From the NCBI GenBank assembly GCA_017645945.1, contig JAGCNL010000087.1, positions 11,847 to 75,846 of the forward strand: a stretch of DNA of 64,000 nucleotides. The letters run 5' to 3'. Below the pieces are notes generated by a model, which made no database searches, was not told the origin of the DNA, and was given only the letters and a program-made list of their open reading frames with translations. Below are positions 26,464 through 36,235 of this stretch, in pieces. Source of the stretch: Salinivirgaceae bacterium. Its GTDB lineage: Bacteria; Bacteroidota; Bacteroidia; Bacteroidales; SZUA-534. Made by a program: the position numbers and the translations under genes. Every line of letters starts with the position of its first letter. Position 1 is the first letter of the stretch.

Positions 26464-27687
26464 ATGAAAAAAAAGAAAGAAATCATCTTGATGAACGTTA
26501 ACGGCCCCGACAAACCAGGCCAAACTGCTTCATTGACAAATATTTTGATGCAATACGATGTCAATATTCTTGATATTGGCCAGTCGGTCATCCACGACGA
26601 TTTGAATCTCGGGATAATGTTTGAGGTTCCGGAGGAGGCTGGCTCGTCGCCAGTTTTGAAGGATATCTTGTTCAAAGCCTATGAGTTAGGCGTCAATGTA
26701 AAATTCACGGTTATTCCTGCCGACCAGTACACCGAGTGGGTGGCGCATCAGGGCAAGGCACGCTACATCGTCACCATCATTTCGCACAAACTCCAGGCCG
26801 CGCATCTGGCCAAGGTTACGTCGGTCATTGCCGAGCAAGGACTTAACATCGATGCCATAAGTCGTCTGTCGGGCCGACCGCCGATTGAGGATTCCGAGCC
26901 ACAGGCGAAAGCCGTAGTCGAGATTTCGGTACGTGGTGTGCCCGTCGACTTGAAAAAGATGAAATCCGACTTCATGCGCATATCGAGCGAGAGCAGCCTC
27001 GACATTGCTTTCCAAGAAGATAACGTGTTCCGCCGCAACCGCCGATTGATTTGCTTCGATATGGATTCGACGCTTATCCAGACCGAGGTGATTGACGAAC
27101 TTGCGCGCCGTGCTGGAGTGGGAGAGCAGGTGAGTGCCATCACGGCTTCGGCAATGCGCGGTGAAATTGATTTCCGTCAAAGTTTCTTGAAACGCATTTC
27201 GCTGCTCAAGGGACTTGACGAGAGCGTAATGAAAGAAATTGCTGAAAATCTGCCTATTACAGAAGGCGCAGAGCGGTTGTTCAAGACGCTCAAACGTTAT
27301 GGTTACCGCACAGCCATCTTGTCGGGTGGGTTCACGTATTTTGGTAACTATTTGAAAAACAAACTGGATATCGATTATGTCTTTGCCAACGAACTTGAGA
27401 TTGTCAACGGCAAACTTACTGGCAATAATGTCGGCGATATTGTTGACGGTTCGCGCAAAGCAGAGATTCTGAAACTGTTGGCCTTCAAGGAGGACATCCA
27501 TCTTGAGCAGGTGATTGCAGTTGGCGATGGCGCCAACGACTTGCCAATGTTGCAGTTGGCTGGATTGGGTATCGCTTTCCACGCCAAACCGAAGGTGAAA
27601 GAATCGGCGCAGCACTCGATTTCGGCAGGTGGCCTTGATTCAATCCTTTATTTCCTCGGTTTCCGCGACCGCGATATAAATCAGTAG
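26464..27687 (+). CDS. serB: phosphoserine phosphatase SerB (ACT-like N-terminal domains + HAD domain)
   Basis: 407 aa. HAD motif I is FDMDSTLI, motif II is SGGF, and motif IV is GDGANDLPM. The ACT-like N-terminus reads ILMNVNGPDKPGQTASLTNIL. Confidence 0.9.
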   Translation: MKKKKEIILMNVNGPDKPGQTASLTNILMQYDVNILDIGQSVIHDDLNLGIMFEVPEEAGSSPVLKDILFKAYELGVNVKFTVIPADQYTEWVAHQGKARYIVTIISHKLQAAHLAKVTSVIAEQGLNIDAISRLSGRPPIEDSEPQAKAVVEISVRGVPVDLKKMKSDFMRISSESSLDIAFQEDNVFRRNRRLICFDMDSTLIQTEVIDELARRAGVGEQVSAITASAMRGEIDFRQSFLKRISLLKGLDESVMKEIAENLPITEGAERLFKTLKRYGYRTAILSGGFTYFGNYLKNKLDIDYVFANELEIVNGKLTGNNVGDIVDGSRKAEILKLLAFKEDIHLEQVIAVGDGANDLPMLQLAGLGIAFHAKPKVKESAQHSISAGGLDSILYFLGFRDRDINQ

Positions 27688-27692
27688 TTTTA

Positions 27693-27700
27693 TATCTTTG
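27693..27700 (+). promoter_or_regulatory. candidate -7 promoter box for tgt
   Basis: TATCTTTG matches TAnnTTTG, 20 nt upstream of ATG 27720. Confidence 0.4.
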
Positions 27701-27719
27701 CCCGCTATCAGAAACAGCG

Positions 27720-28850
27720 ATGCAGTTCAGTTTAACATCCACCGACACCAAATCAGCCGCCCGCGCGGGGCAGATTCTGACCGACCATGGCATCATTGAG
27801 ACGCCGATTTTTATGCCTGTTGGCACTGTGGGCTCGGTCAAAGGAATTCACCAGCGCGATGTGGCCGACGACATCCGTGCGCAGATAATTTTGGGTAACA
27901 CTTATCACCTTTATCTGCGTCCTGGAACGGCACTGCTACGCGAGGCTGGCGGTCTGCACCGTTTTATGAATTGGAACCGCCCGATACTCACTGACAGCGG
28001 CGGTTATCAGGTTTTCAGCCTTTCGGCAAACCGCAAACTCACGGAGGAAGGCGCACGATTCAGTTCGCACATCGATGGCTCGAAACATCTGTTTACACCC
28101 GAGAATGTGATTGACATACAGCGCATTATCGGTTCCGATATTATGATGGCGCTCGACGAGTGCCCGCCAGGCGACTGCGACTACAACTACGCCCGAAAAT
28201 CACTTGACCTGACAATGCGTTGGCTGCGTCGTGGAGTTGAGGCTTTCCGCAACACCGAACCGCTCTACGGTCATGGTCAGGCCTATTTCCCTATTGTGCA
28301 AGGCGCGTCGTTTACCGACCTTCGCCAGCGTGCGGCCACCGAGATTGCCGAGTTGGGAATGGACGGCAACGCCATTGGCGGACTGGCTGTGGGTGAGCCA
28401 ACCGAGGTTATGTACCAGATGATTGAGGTGGTGAACGCCATTTTGCCTGCCGACAAGCCCCGTTACTTGATGGGGGTTGGCACTCCGGCCAATATTCTTG
28501 AGGGCATCAGCCGCGGAGTTGATATGTTCGACTGCGTGATGCCCACCCGCAACGGCCGCAACGGTATGCTCTTCACAAGCGAGGGTATCATCAACATTAA
28601 AAACAAGAAGTGGGAGAATGAGTTTTCGCCCATCGACCCCAACGGCACATCGTTTGTCGATTCGAACTACACGCTGGCCTATCTGCACCATCTGTTTGTG
28701 GCTCAGGAGATGTTGGGAATGTCCATTGCCAGTATGCACAACTTGGCGTTCTACCTTTGGCTCGTGGGCGAAGCGCGCAAACATATTGTTGAAGGCAATT
28801 TTGCGGAGTGGAAAAACGTTATGGTTCAAAAAGTTACAAATCGATTGTAG
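27720..28850 (+). CDS. tgt: queuine tRNA-ribosyltransferase (tRNA-guanine transglycosylase)
   Basis: 376 aa. ARAG..T.HG...TP.FMPVGT, LGNTYHL, TDSGGYQV, GLAVGE and the zinc-site region CVMPTRNGRNG are classic Tgt signatures. Confidence 0.95.
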   Translation: MQFSLTSTDTKSAARAGQILTDHGIIETPIFMPVGTVGSVKGIHQRDVADDIRAQIILGNTYHLYLRPGTALLREAGGLHRFMNWNRPILTDSGGYQVFSLSANRKLTEEGARFSSHIDGSKHLFTPENVIDIQRIIGSDIMMALDECPPGDCDYNYARKSLDLTMRWLRRGVEAFRNTEPLYGHGQAYFPIVQGASFTDLRQRAATEIAELGMDGNAIGGLAVGEPTEVMYQMIEVVNAILPADKPRYLMGVGTPANILEGISRGVDMFDCVMPTRNGRNGMLFTSEGIINIKNKKWENEFSPIDPNGTSFVDSNYTLAYLHHLFVAQEMLGMSIASMHNLAFYLWLVGEARKHIVEGNFAEWKNVMVQKVTNRL

Positions 28851-28853
28851 GCT

Positions 28854-29942
28854 ATGAGCAACTATATGAAGAAATTGGACCGTTTCATTATCCGCAAGTT
28901 CTTGGGGACGTTCGCCTTTGCACTCATATTGATTCTGCTCATTGTGGTCATCTTCGACATTTCAGAAAAAATCGATGATTTTTTGACCAAAGAGGCTCCG
29001 TTAAAGGCCATCGTTTTCGATTATTACCTCAATTTCATTCCATATTTTGCCAATCTTTTCTCGGCCATGTTCATCTTTATTGCGGTGATTTTCTTCACCT
29101 CAAAGATGGCAGGGAACTCCGAGATAATCGCCATATTGAGTAGCGGCGTGAGCTATCGGCGCTTCCTTTTCCCTTATTTTGTGTCGTCGCTGATTTTGGC
29201 AGTATTCTCTTACTTGCTGATTAACTGGGTTATACCGCCAGCCAATGAGCATCGCTTGGCTTTCGAGGAAAAATATATCCGAAATCGATACCAGAACAGC
29301 GAAGAGAACATTCACCGCCAGATTCTGCCAGGCCAGTTTATCTACATGAGCAGTTACAACACCAATTACGATATTGGCTACAAATTCGCGCTCGAGCAGA
29401 TTGAGAATGGAAAACTGAAGTCGAAAACCATATCGGAATATGTGCAGTGGGACACCACCAAGAACAAATGGGAGATGAGCAACTGCTATATTCGAACGTT
29501 TACGGATAGCGATGAAACGGTCAAATACTACAGCAGGTTAGACACAACGCTCAATATGCTGCCGTCCGATTTTGCCCGACGCGATAATGTTGTTGAGGCG
29601 ATGAACTATCAGGAACTTAAGGAGTTCATAGAGTCGGAGACTCGCAAAGGGTCGGACAATGTGGTGCTGTGGAAAATCGAGAAGCACAAGCGTTTCGCCT
29701 ATTCGTTCTCAACTTTTATTCTGACGCTGATTGGCGTAACGTTGTCATCGCGGAAAAAACGAGGTGGCATCGGTATCAATATTGGCGTTGGTATCTTATT
29801 GGCTTTCACCTATATATTGTTTATGGAAGTGTCGAATGTGCTGGCCACAAACGCTCACATGCCGCCGCTGATTGCCGTGTGGATTCCGAATGTGATTTTT
29901 GGTGTAATTGGCATCATTTTGTACAATCAGGCAAAAAAATGA
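28854..29942 (+). CDS. LptF/LptG (YjgP/YjgQ) family permease
   Basis: 362 aa. N-terminus MKKLDRFIIRKFLGTFAFALILILLIVVIFD. Three N-terminal TMs, a ~130-aa periplasmic insert, then three C-terminal TMs: the family topology. Confidence 0.85.
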   Translation: MSNYMKKLDRFIIRKFLGTFAFALILILLIVVIFDISEKIDDFLTKEAPLKAIVFDYYLNFIPYFANLFSAMFIFIAVIFFTSKMAGNSEIIAILSSGVSYRRFLFPYFVSSLILAVFSYLLINWVIPPANEHRLAFEEKYIRNRYQNSEENIHRQILPGQFIYMSSYNTNYDIGYKFALEQIENGKLKSKTISEYVQWDTTKNKWEMSNCYIRTFTDSDETVKYYSRLDTTLNMLPSDFARRDNVVEAMNYQELKEFIESETRKGSDNVVLWKIEKHKRFAYSFSTFILTLIGVTLSSRKKRGGIGINIGVGILLAFTYILFMEVSNVLATNAHMPPLIAVWIPNVIFGVIGIILYNQAKK

Positions 29943-30027
29943 GACAAAAGTTAATAGGTTATGTCAAGTTTTTTTACATTCGCTTTCGGCATCAGCCTCA
30001 AAATTGAAGAAATACAAAACTATATAA

Positions 30028-31827
30028 ATGCAAAAAAAATGGATATTAAAGGAACAGGTCGAAGCGGAAAAGATTGATGAACTGGCGGCAGCAGCCAGTC
30101 TCAGTAAACCAGTGGCAGCCTTGCTGTTACAGCGGGGAATAACCGATGTTGAGTCGGTTCGTAAGTTTTTCAAACCAGAGTTATCGCAACTCTATGACCC
30201 ATTCTTGATGAAAGATATGGACAAGGCGGTGGCGAGGCTTGAAAGTGCCATTGTTGAGCGCGACAACGTATTGATATACGGCGACTACGATGTTGACGGC
30301 ACAACCGCAGTTGCTATGATGTACGTGTTTCTTAAGAGCAAATGCCGAAATGTATATTATTATGTGCCAGACCGTTATCAGGAGGGTTATGGCATATCGT
30401 ACAAAGGAATCGACTATGCGGCTGAAATGGGGTGCAAACTTATCATTGCGCTCGATTGCGGCATAAAAGCCTTGCCTAAAGTCGATTACGCAGCTGAGAA
30501 AGGCATTGAGTTTATAATCTGCGACCATCACGAGCCAGGCGATGAGTTGCCTGCCGCTGTGGCCGTGCTCGACCCTAAACGCGCCGATTGTACATATCCG
30601 TTCAAGGAGTTGTCGGGGTGCGGAGTGGGTTTCAAGCTGATTCAAGCCTACGCGACTAAAAACAAGATTCCGTTCTATCAGATTAAACCGTTCCTCGACC
30701 TTGTAGTGGTGAGCATTGCAAGCGACATTGTGCCAATTACTGACGAAAACCGCATTTTGGCATTCTACGGGTTGCGCCAGCTCAACACCAATCCACGTGT
30801 GGGGCTTCGTGCCGTGATGAAGAAATCGGGCATAACACCGCCGCCGCAGCGAGGCAAGGACGGGCAGCAGTTTGAAATTCCGTTCGAGGAGACCAAACCT
30901 GCCGACGAGCCAGAGTTCCGTCCAGTGAAAATCGGTGACATAGTGTTCAAAATCGGACCGCGCATCAATGCTGCCGGGCGAATGGATTTGGGACGCTATT
31001 CGGTTGATTTATTGGTGGAACGCAACGAGGCAAAGGCCGAAGAGATGGCTTGCAAGATTGAAACGGACAACACCGACCGCAAAACCCACGACCAGAATAT
31101 CACCAACGAGGCTTTGGCCGTGATTGATAGCAGCGAAGATTTGAAAAATCGAAAATCGACAGTGCTCTACAACCCCGAATGGCACAAAGGTGTTATCGGA
31201 ATTGTGGCTTCGCGACTCATCGATTTCTATTATCGGCCAACGGTAATCTGCACAAAATCAAATGGTTTGATAACGGGTTCGGCACGTTCAATTCCCGATT
31301 TCAATCTTTATGAGGCTATCGAAAAATGCCAAAATCTGCTCGAAAGTTTTGGCGGTCACACTTACGCAGCCGGACTGACACTGAAGGAGGAGAATTTGGA
31401 TAAGTTCATGGAAGTGTTTGAAGATGTTGTAGATAAGATGATGACCGATGATATGATGGTGCCTCGCATCGATGTTGACGAAGTGCTGACATTGTCGGAC
31501 ATTACACCTAAATTCTTCAAGTGGCTTGAGATGTTCGAACCTTATGGGCCAGGCAACATGGCGCCAGTATTTGCTTGTCGCAATGTAAGCGATAATGGCC
31601 AGTCAACGCTTGTGGGGCAGACGCGTGAGCATTTGAAGTTGGCAGTTGTTGATGAGACGGTTAACCGGCCTCTGTCGGGTATTGCATTCAAGCAATCGGA
31701 ACATTTCGATGCCATCCATCGCGGCGACAAGTTTGATATTTGTTTCTCGCTGGAAATGAATACGTTCCGAGGAAAAGACACGCTGCAATTGAAGGTTCAG
31801 GACATTAAAATGGCGGACGAACGATGA
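30028..31827 (+). CDS. recJ: single-stranded-DNA-specific exonuclease RecJ
   Basis: 599 aa. DHH motifs are IYGDYDVDGTT, ALDCG and ICDHH. The DHHA1 region reads GGHTYAAG. Confidence 0.9.
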   Translation: MQKKWILKEQVEAEKIDELAAAASLSKPVAALLLQRGITDVESVRKFFKPELSQLYDPFLMKDMDKAVARLESAIVERDNVLIYGDYDVDGTTAVAMMYVFLKSKCRNVYYYVPDRYQEGYGISYKGIDYAAEMGCKLIIALDCGIKALPKVDYAAEKGIEFIICDHHEPGDELPAAVAVLDPKRADCTYPFKELSGCGVGFKLIQAYATKNKIPFYQIKPFLDLVVVSIASDIVPITDENRILAFYGLRQLNTNPRVGLRAVMKKSGITPPPQRGKDGQQFEIPFEETKPADEPEFRPVKIGDIVFKIGPRINAAGRMDLGRYSVDLLVERNEAKAEEMACKIETDNTDRKTHDQNITNEALAVIDSSEDLKNRKSTVLYNPEWHKGVIGIVASRLIDFYYRPTVICTKSNGLITGSARSIPDFNLYEAIEKCQNLLESFGGHTYAAGLTLKEENLDKFMEVFEDVVDKMMTDDMMVPRIDVDEVLTLSDITPKFFKWLEMFEPYGPGNMAPVFACRNVSDNGQSTLVGQTREHLKLAVVDETVNRPLSGIAFKQSEHFDAIHRGDKFDICFSLEMNTFRGKDTLQLKVQDIKMADER

Positions 31828-31875
31828 TTTGTGAGTTATAAGTTGTAGAGTTGTATATACTTGAGAAATAAAAGC

Positions 31876-33195
31876 TTATAACTTATAACTCAATACAAGA
31901 ACTCGTTGCGTTTTATCGCTTATTTTAAAGCGGTTGTCGGGACGGTAGCCGATAATCCACGCTATCTTTTCGCCTGACGTGAGCACCATAACGCGCTCTT
32001 TGTCAAACACATTCACTTTGTTGTTGACGAAAAAGTCGCTCAATTTTTGTGCTTTGGTCATTCCGAACGGATAGAAAAAGTCGCCATGCTGCCAGCGCCT
32101 GATTGTCAGCGGAAATTGCAGTTTGTCAAGGTCCAAGCAGGCAACATTTGGCCGTTTATCGAGCACAAAATCGGCAATCGGGACAATACGCATCGTTAGG
32201 CCAATGCTGTCGATGTCGCGGAGCGAGTCTATTTCAATTATTTGAAAATCAGAATTTTCAATTGGCTCAATAATTATTTGGCTGCGGTCGACAAGGAGGC
32301 GATGAGTAGCCGATTGGAATGTGCTGCCCGATTTCTGCCCGATAGTTTTCATTATGGCTTCAGTTTGCGAACTGTTGAACCCGAACGGTTTGATGCATTC
32401 ATATAGCACTGCTTCGCAAAATGATTGCTGAATAAGCTTTTCCGTATCGATAATAACCTGAGAGCCATTGGTCTGCATCACTTCGGCCATAACTTTCGCC
32501 ACGTACCAGTTGTAGATGTCCGTAGCCTGACTGATATGCTTGAAATTCTTCGACATACGTTCCTCAAACGCAGGGTTCAATTCTTTCAGCACGGGTACAA
32601 TGCGGTGGCGGATAATGTTTCGTTGGTAGTCATCGGACAGGTTGGTGCAATCGGTGCGGAACGCAAGATTGTTGAGTCGTGCGTATTCTTCAATCTGGGT
32701 ACGTGTTGCAAAAAGCAGCGGGCGCACAATGTTGCCATTGACTGCGGAAATTCCCGCCAATCCGTTAATGCCAGTACCGCGCGTGAGATTGAGCAGCAAG
32801 GTTTCGATGTTGTCGTTCAGATGGTGGGCCGTCAGAATGCGGTCAAAATGTTGCTCTGCGGCCAATTGGGCGAACCAGTTGTAGCGCAGTTCGCGTGCGG
32901 CCATTTCAACCGACACCCGTTGCTCATCGGCGTAAGCCAACGTGTTGAAACGGATGCTGAAGAAAGGCATCTGGTATTTCTCAGCCAGTTGACGCACAAA
33001 TTTTTCGTCACCATCGGCATCGGCACCGCGCAACTGAAAATTGCAGTGTGCAACCGCCACTTTCAGTCGGCATTGCGCCAACAGATGCAGCATCACAACC
33101 GAATCGGCACCACCGCTCACGGCCGCTAAAAGGCTGTTGCTGTGGTCGAACAGTTGGTTTTGGCTCACAAATTGTTTGAACTGCCGAAGCATCAT
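31876..33195 (-). CDS. tilS: tRNA(Ile)-lysidine synthetase
   Basis: 439 aa. PP-loop AVSGGADS is at the N-terminus, with TAHHLND downstream. TACATTTG -7 box on the minus strand (plus-strand 33209-33216). Confidence 0.9.
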   Translation of the reverse strand: MMLRQFKQFVSQNQLFDHSNSLLAAVSGGADSVVMLHLLAQCRLKVAVAHCNFQLRGADADGDEKFVRQLAEKYQMPFFSIRFNTLAYADEQRVSVEMAARELRYNWFAQLAAEQHFDRILTAHHLNDNIETLLLNLTRGTGINGLAGISAVNGNIVRPLLFATRTQIEEYARLNNLAFRTDCTNLSDDYQRNIIRHRIVPVLKELNPAFEERMSKNFKHISQATDIYNWYVAKVMAEVMQTNGSQVIIDTEKLIQQSFCEAVLYECIKPFGFNSSQTEAIMKTIGQKSGSTFQSATHRLLVDRSQIIIEPIENSDFQIIEIDSLRDIDSIGLTMRIVPIADFVLDKRPNVACLDLDKLQFPLTIRRWQHGDFFYPFGMTKAQKLSDFFVNNKVNVFDKERVMVLTSGEKIAWIIGYRPDNRFKISDKTQRVLVLSYKL

Positions 33196-33287
33196 TCTGT
33201 TTTTTTGCCAAATGTAGCAAATAGGCGCGGATTTGAAGTGCGTGCAAGAAAAGTTATCGGACTCGGTGGTTAAATCGATAAAAATGA

Positions 33288-33295
33288 TAGGTTTG
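33288..33295 (+). promoter_or_regulatory. candidate -7 promoter box for the glycosyltransferase/asparagine-synthase-like pair
   Basis: TAGGTTTG matches TAnnTTTG, 19 nt upstream of ATG 33314. It lies in the divergent region shared with tilS. Confidence 0.4.
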
Positions 33296-33313
33296 CTATG
33301 AAAAACGCAAAAA

Positions 33314-34486
33314 ATGAAGGTCTTGTACTTATCGGCTTGGTATCCACATCGTTATGATGCAATGTGGGGATTGTTCGTACGCAAGCATGCCGAGGCGGTT
33401 TCGCGCTTCGCTGATGTTTGCGTGCTCTATTTGATGGCCGATGAAAAAGTTGACCAATTCGATATTGTCGAGCAGACAACCAATAGTGTACGAGAAGTTT
33501 ACGTCTATTATCCGTTCACAAACAAACCCGTTTTGCGGCAACTGACAAAGGCCGTAGGCTATGTCAGGGCATTTCGGCGAGGATTTGCTGTTGTGCGGCA
33601 AAAATTCGGTTTGCCCGATGTTGTTCAGGCTAACGTGCTGACCCGCAGCGGTGTTTTGGCATATTGGCTCAAACGAAAATTCGGCATTCCATACATCATA
33701 GTGGAGCATTGGACAAGATATCTGCCGCAGAATCTTAACTATAAGGGCATTGCACGAAAGTGCCTGACGCGTATTTGTGTAAAAAACGCTTCGTGTGTTT
33801 TGGCTGTTAGCAATATGCTGCGCGATGCAATGCAAAAGTGCGGGCTGAAAAATAACAACTACCAAATCATTGATAATGTTGTAGATGATTTCTTTTACGA
33901 AACTCAGAAATCCAACACAGAACATCGATTCCGCTTTCTTCATATCTCGTGTTTCGATGAGCCGCATAAGAATGTTAAAGGAATATTGAATGCAACAAAG
34001 ACACTGTTGCAGCAACGCACTGATTTTGAATTGATTCTTATTGGGGTAGGGGCCGATTGGAAAGATGTTGTTCAATATGCAAAAGAATTGGGCCTTCCCG
34101 ATAGCATTGTGCACTTCGTTGGCGAGCAAACACCATTGGAAGTATGCCGCTATTTTGCTGAAAGTGATGCTCTTGTGATGTTTTCTCGTTACGAGACGGC
34201 TGGTATTACTTTCTGCGAGAGTTGGGCAACGGGCACGCCAGTTATAACCACTCCAGTGGGTATAATACCCGATTGTCTGACACCACAAAATGGCATTGTA
34301 GTCCAGAACGAAAACGAAACCGACCTTTGCGAAAAAATGTCGTGGATGATTGATAATCATGGGCAGTTTGATGCCGAAAAAATCCGCCAGACGGCCCAGA
34401 GGTACACATATAACAATGTTGGGAAACGATTGTACGATGTATATTGTCAGGTGACTGGAAAAACAAATGCCATTATCAATAAATGA
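33314..34486 (+). CDS. glycosyltransferase family 4 (GT-B, group 1)
   Basis: 390 aa. The C-terminal half has the GT1/GT4 pattern (LILIGVG...VHFVGEQ...ALVMFSRYETAGITFCESWATGTPVITT), including the E-x7-E-like segment. Confidence 0.85.
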   Translation: MKVLYLSAWYPHRYDAMWGLFVRKHAEAVSRFADVCVLYLMADEKVDQFDIVEQTTNSVREVYVYYPFTNKPVLRQLTKAVGYVRAFRRGFAVVRQKFGLPDVVQANVLTRSGVLAYWLKRKFGIPYIIVEHWTRYLPQNLNYKGIARKCLTRICVKNASCVLAVSNMLRDAMQKCGLKNNNYQIIDNVVDDFFYETQKSNTEHRFRFLHISCFDEPHKNVKGILNATKTLLQQRTDFELILIGVGADWKDVVQYAKELGLPDSIVHFVGEQTPLEVCRYFAESDALVMFSRYETAGITFCESWATGTPVITTPVGIIPDCLTPQNGIVVQNENETDLCEKMSWMIDNHGQFDAEKIRQTAQRYTYNNVGKRLYDVYCQVTGKTNAIINK

Positions 34487-36235
34487 TTGTCTAAGAATAT
34501 GTTCGGTTATTGGGGAAAATACGGAAATGGTGTGTGTGCGGAACTAAAAACGGATTCTTCCGCAAGACTTTCATTTGATAATGAGAAGTTGAGCGTTGTG
34601 TTCTCTCCAATGCCGAAATTCAGTGATGACAAGATTTTTGACGATTCTGAAAAATATCTCTATCTGACTGATGGTATCACTTTTAATAACAATGAATTGT
34701 GCGAGTCATACGATGCCACAAGTTTCAGTAACTTGATACCATTGATGTACGAGCAGAAGGGCGATGATTTTTTCAGTGAGTTTCGTGGGTCATTTTCTGG
34801 TGTCTTTTATGATAAAAAGAAAGATATTCTATTGATTTACAATGACCATATCGGTGATAGAATGATTTTTTACGCACAAGTAGGAGAGTCATTCTATTTT
34901 TCCACCAACTTGAAGCATCTAACGCAGTTATTGCCAGAATCTTTTGAGAAGAAAATTGACGAAGAGTTTGTGCTGAGCATGCTTTCGTATGGTTATTCGC
35001 CTAATCATCATACACTTATAAATGGCATAACCAGAATCCCTGCGGGCTGTTATCTAAAGATATCAAAAGGAAGAGCTGAACTAATCCGATACCATTGTTT
35101 CACAAACAAACCCAGATCCCGAACAGAAAAAGAGAACATTGAGCAAATGGATATTCTGTTCAGGCGCGCTGTGAAACGCATTCTGGACAAAAACAAACAG
35201 TACGGATATAGAAATGTGATGCCGCTGAGCGCTGGTCTCGATTCTCGGATGACAGTTTGGGTTGCGCATCAGCTCACTGATGAGCCGATAGATAATGTAA
35301 CGTACTCACAAAGTGGCTATTACGATGAAATAACACCTAAGGATATTGCTCGGGAATTGAGGAATGAGATGCATTTCAAACCGCTTGACGGCGGCGATTA
35401 TCTGAAAAATGTTGACAGGTCGGTGCAGCTTACGGACGGTTTGGTGAACTACAGCGGAGCTTCGCAGGTAATTGACAGTTTTGATGATTTGAGCGGTCGC
35501 GATAACGTTGGTGTGATTGCAACGGGAATGTTGGGTGACATAATTGCAGGTACTGGATATACGCAAAACAATAGCAACCAGGCGGTTACGTTTGGTGACG
35601 GAGCATTGTCGAAAAAACTCCTACCGCTACTTCGGCAAAAGATGAGTTGTGATTTTTTGGACGAATTTCCGAACCGTGAGATTTACTATTTATATGTGCG
35701 CGGATTCAATTGTGCAAATCTTGGTTCTCCGCTTGTCTTCCAGGAGTTTACTGAGTCTTTTTCGCCTTTCTACGATACTGATTTTCTTGAATTTGCCTAC
35801 ACTATTCCAGTTTCGCAGCGTATCGGAAATGAAATCTACGACCAGTGGATTTTGACCAAATATCCAGAGATGGCACGTTGGAAGCACAACGGCACACGCA
35901 AAATCGGGGAAAAAACACACGTGGTTTCAATTTTTGGTCGCGGTATTCCGCTGAAAACACTGCCTCAGCGGATTGCAATGTATGTTTTGAAAAAGTGCCA
36001 CATTCACAATTACGACAAATTGGAAAACGGCCGAACAATGAACCCTATCGATTCGTGGCTTGCTGAAAATGACTCACTTCGCGCATTTATTGACAACTAT
36101 TTTGAGAGTAACATCGACTTGTGCGGGAAAACAGGGATGAAAGATACCATTTGCAGTTTGTACAAAAATGGTACATCGACAGAAAAGTTGCTTGTAATAA
36201 CCTTATTATCAAGCCTGAAGTATTTGGATTTATAA
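34487..36235 (+). CDS. asparagine synthase (AsnB)-like amidotransferase lacking the N-terminal catalytic Cys
   Basis: 582 aa. PP-loop variant LSAGLDSR in the synthetase half. The start is TTG 34487 or ATG 34499 (MFGYWG). Either way, no Cys follows the initiator where AsnB has MCG. Confidence 0.8.
   Translation: MSKNMFGYWGKYGNGVCAELKTDSSARLSFDNEKLSVVFSPMPKFSDDKIFDDSEKYLYLTDGITFNNNELCESYDATSFSNLIPLMYEQKGDDFFSEFRGSFSGVFYDKKKDILLIYNDHIGDRMIFYAQVGESFYFSTNLKHLTQLLPESFEKKIDEEFVLSMLSYGYSPNHHTLINGITRIPAGCYLKISKGRAELIRYHCFTNKPRSRTEKENIEQMDILFRRAVKRILDKNKQYGYRNVMPLSAGLDSRMTVWVAHQLTDEPIDNVTYSQSGYYDEITPKDIARELRNEMHFKPLDGGDYLKNVDRSVQLTDGLVNYSGASQVIDSFDDLSGRDNVGVIATGMLGDIIAGTGYTQNNSNQAVTFGDGALSKKLLPLLRQKMSCDFLDEFPNREIYYLYVRGFNCANLGSPLVFQEFTESFSPFYDTDFLEFAYTIPVSQRIGNEIYDQWILTKYPEMARWKHNGTRKIGEKTHVVSIFGRGIPLKTLPQRIAMYVLKKCHIHNYDKLENGRTMNPIDSWLAENDSLRAFIDNYFESNIDLCGKTGMKDTICSLYKNGTSTEKLLVITLLSSLKYLDL

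Noticed and set aside
26686-27615. A 309-aa minus-strand ORF. Similar long antisense ORFs occur at 33329-34360, 44361-45131, 56725-57543, 60083-60742, 32425-33129 and 8935-9555.
   Set aside because: Each lies entirely antisense to a gene with strong family motifs (serB, GT4, proS, the McrC-like gene, flavin reductase, tilS, the PKD giant). Their translations are Arg/His/Cys-rich with no recognisable motifs. This is typical of shadow ORFs in moderately GC-rich coding DNA.
36230-36235. A 6-nt overlap of the convergent stop codons of the AsnB-like gene and wzx (the palindrome TTATAA).
   Set aside because: This looks like a coincidental consequence of two stop codons (TAA/TTA) sharing a palindrome. 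There is no hairpin or other structure around it that would suggest regulation.
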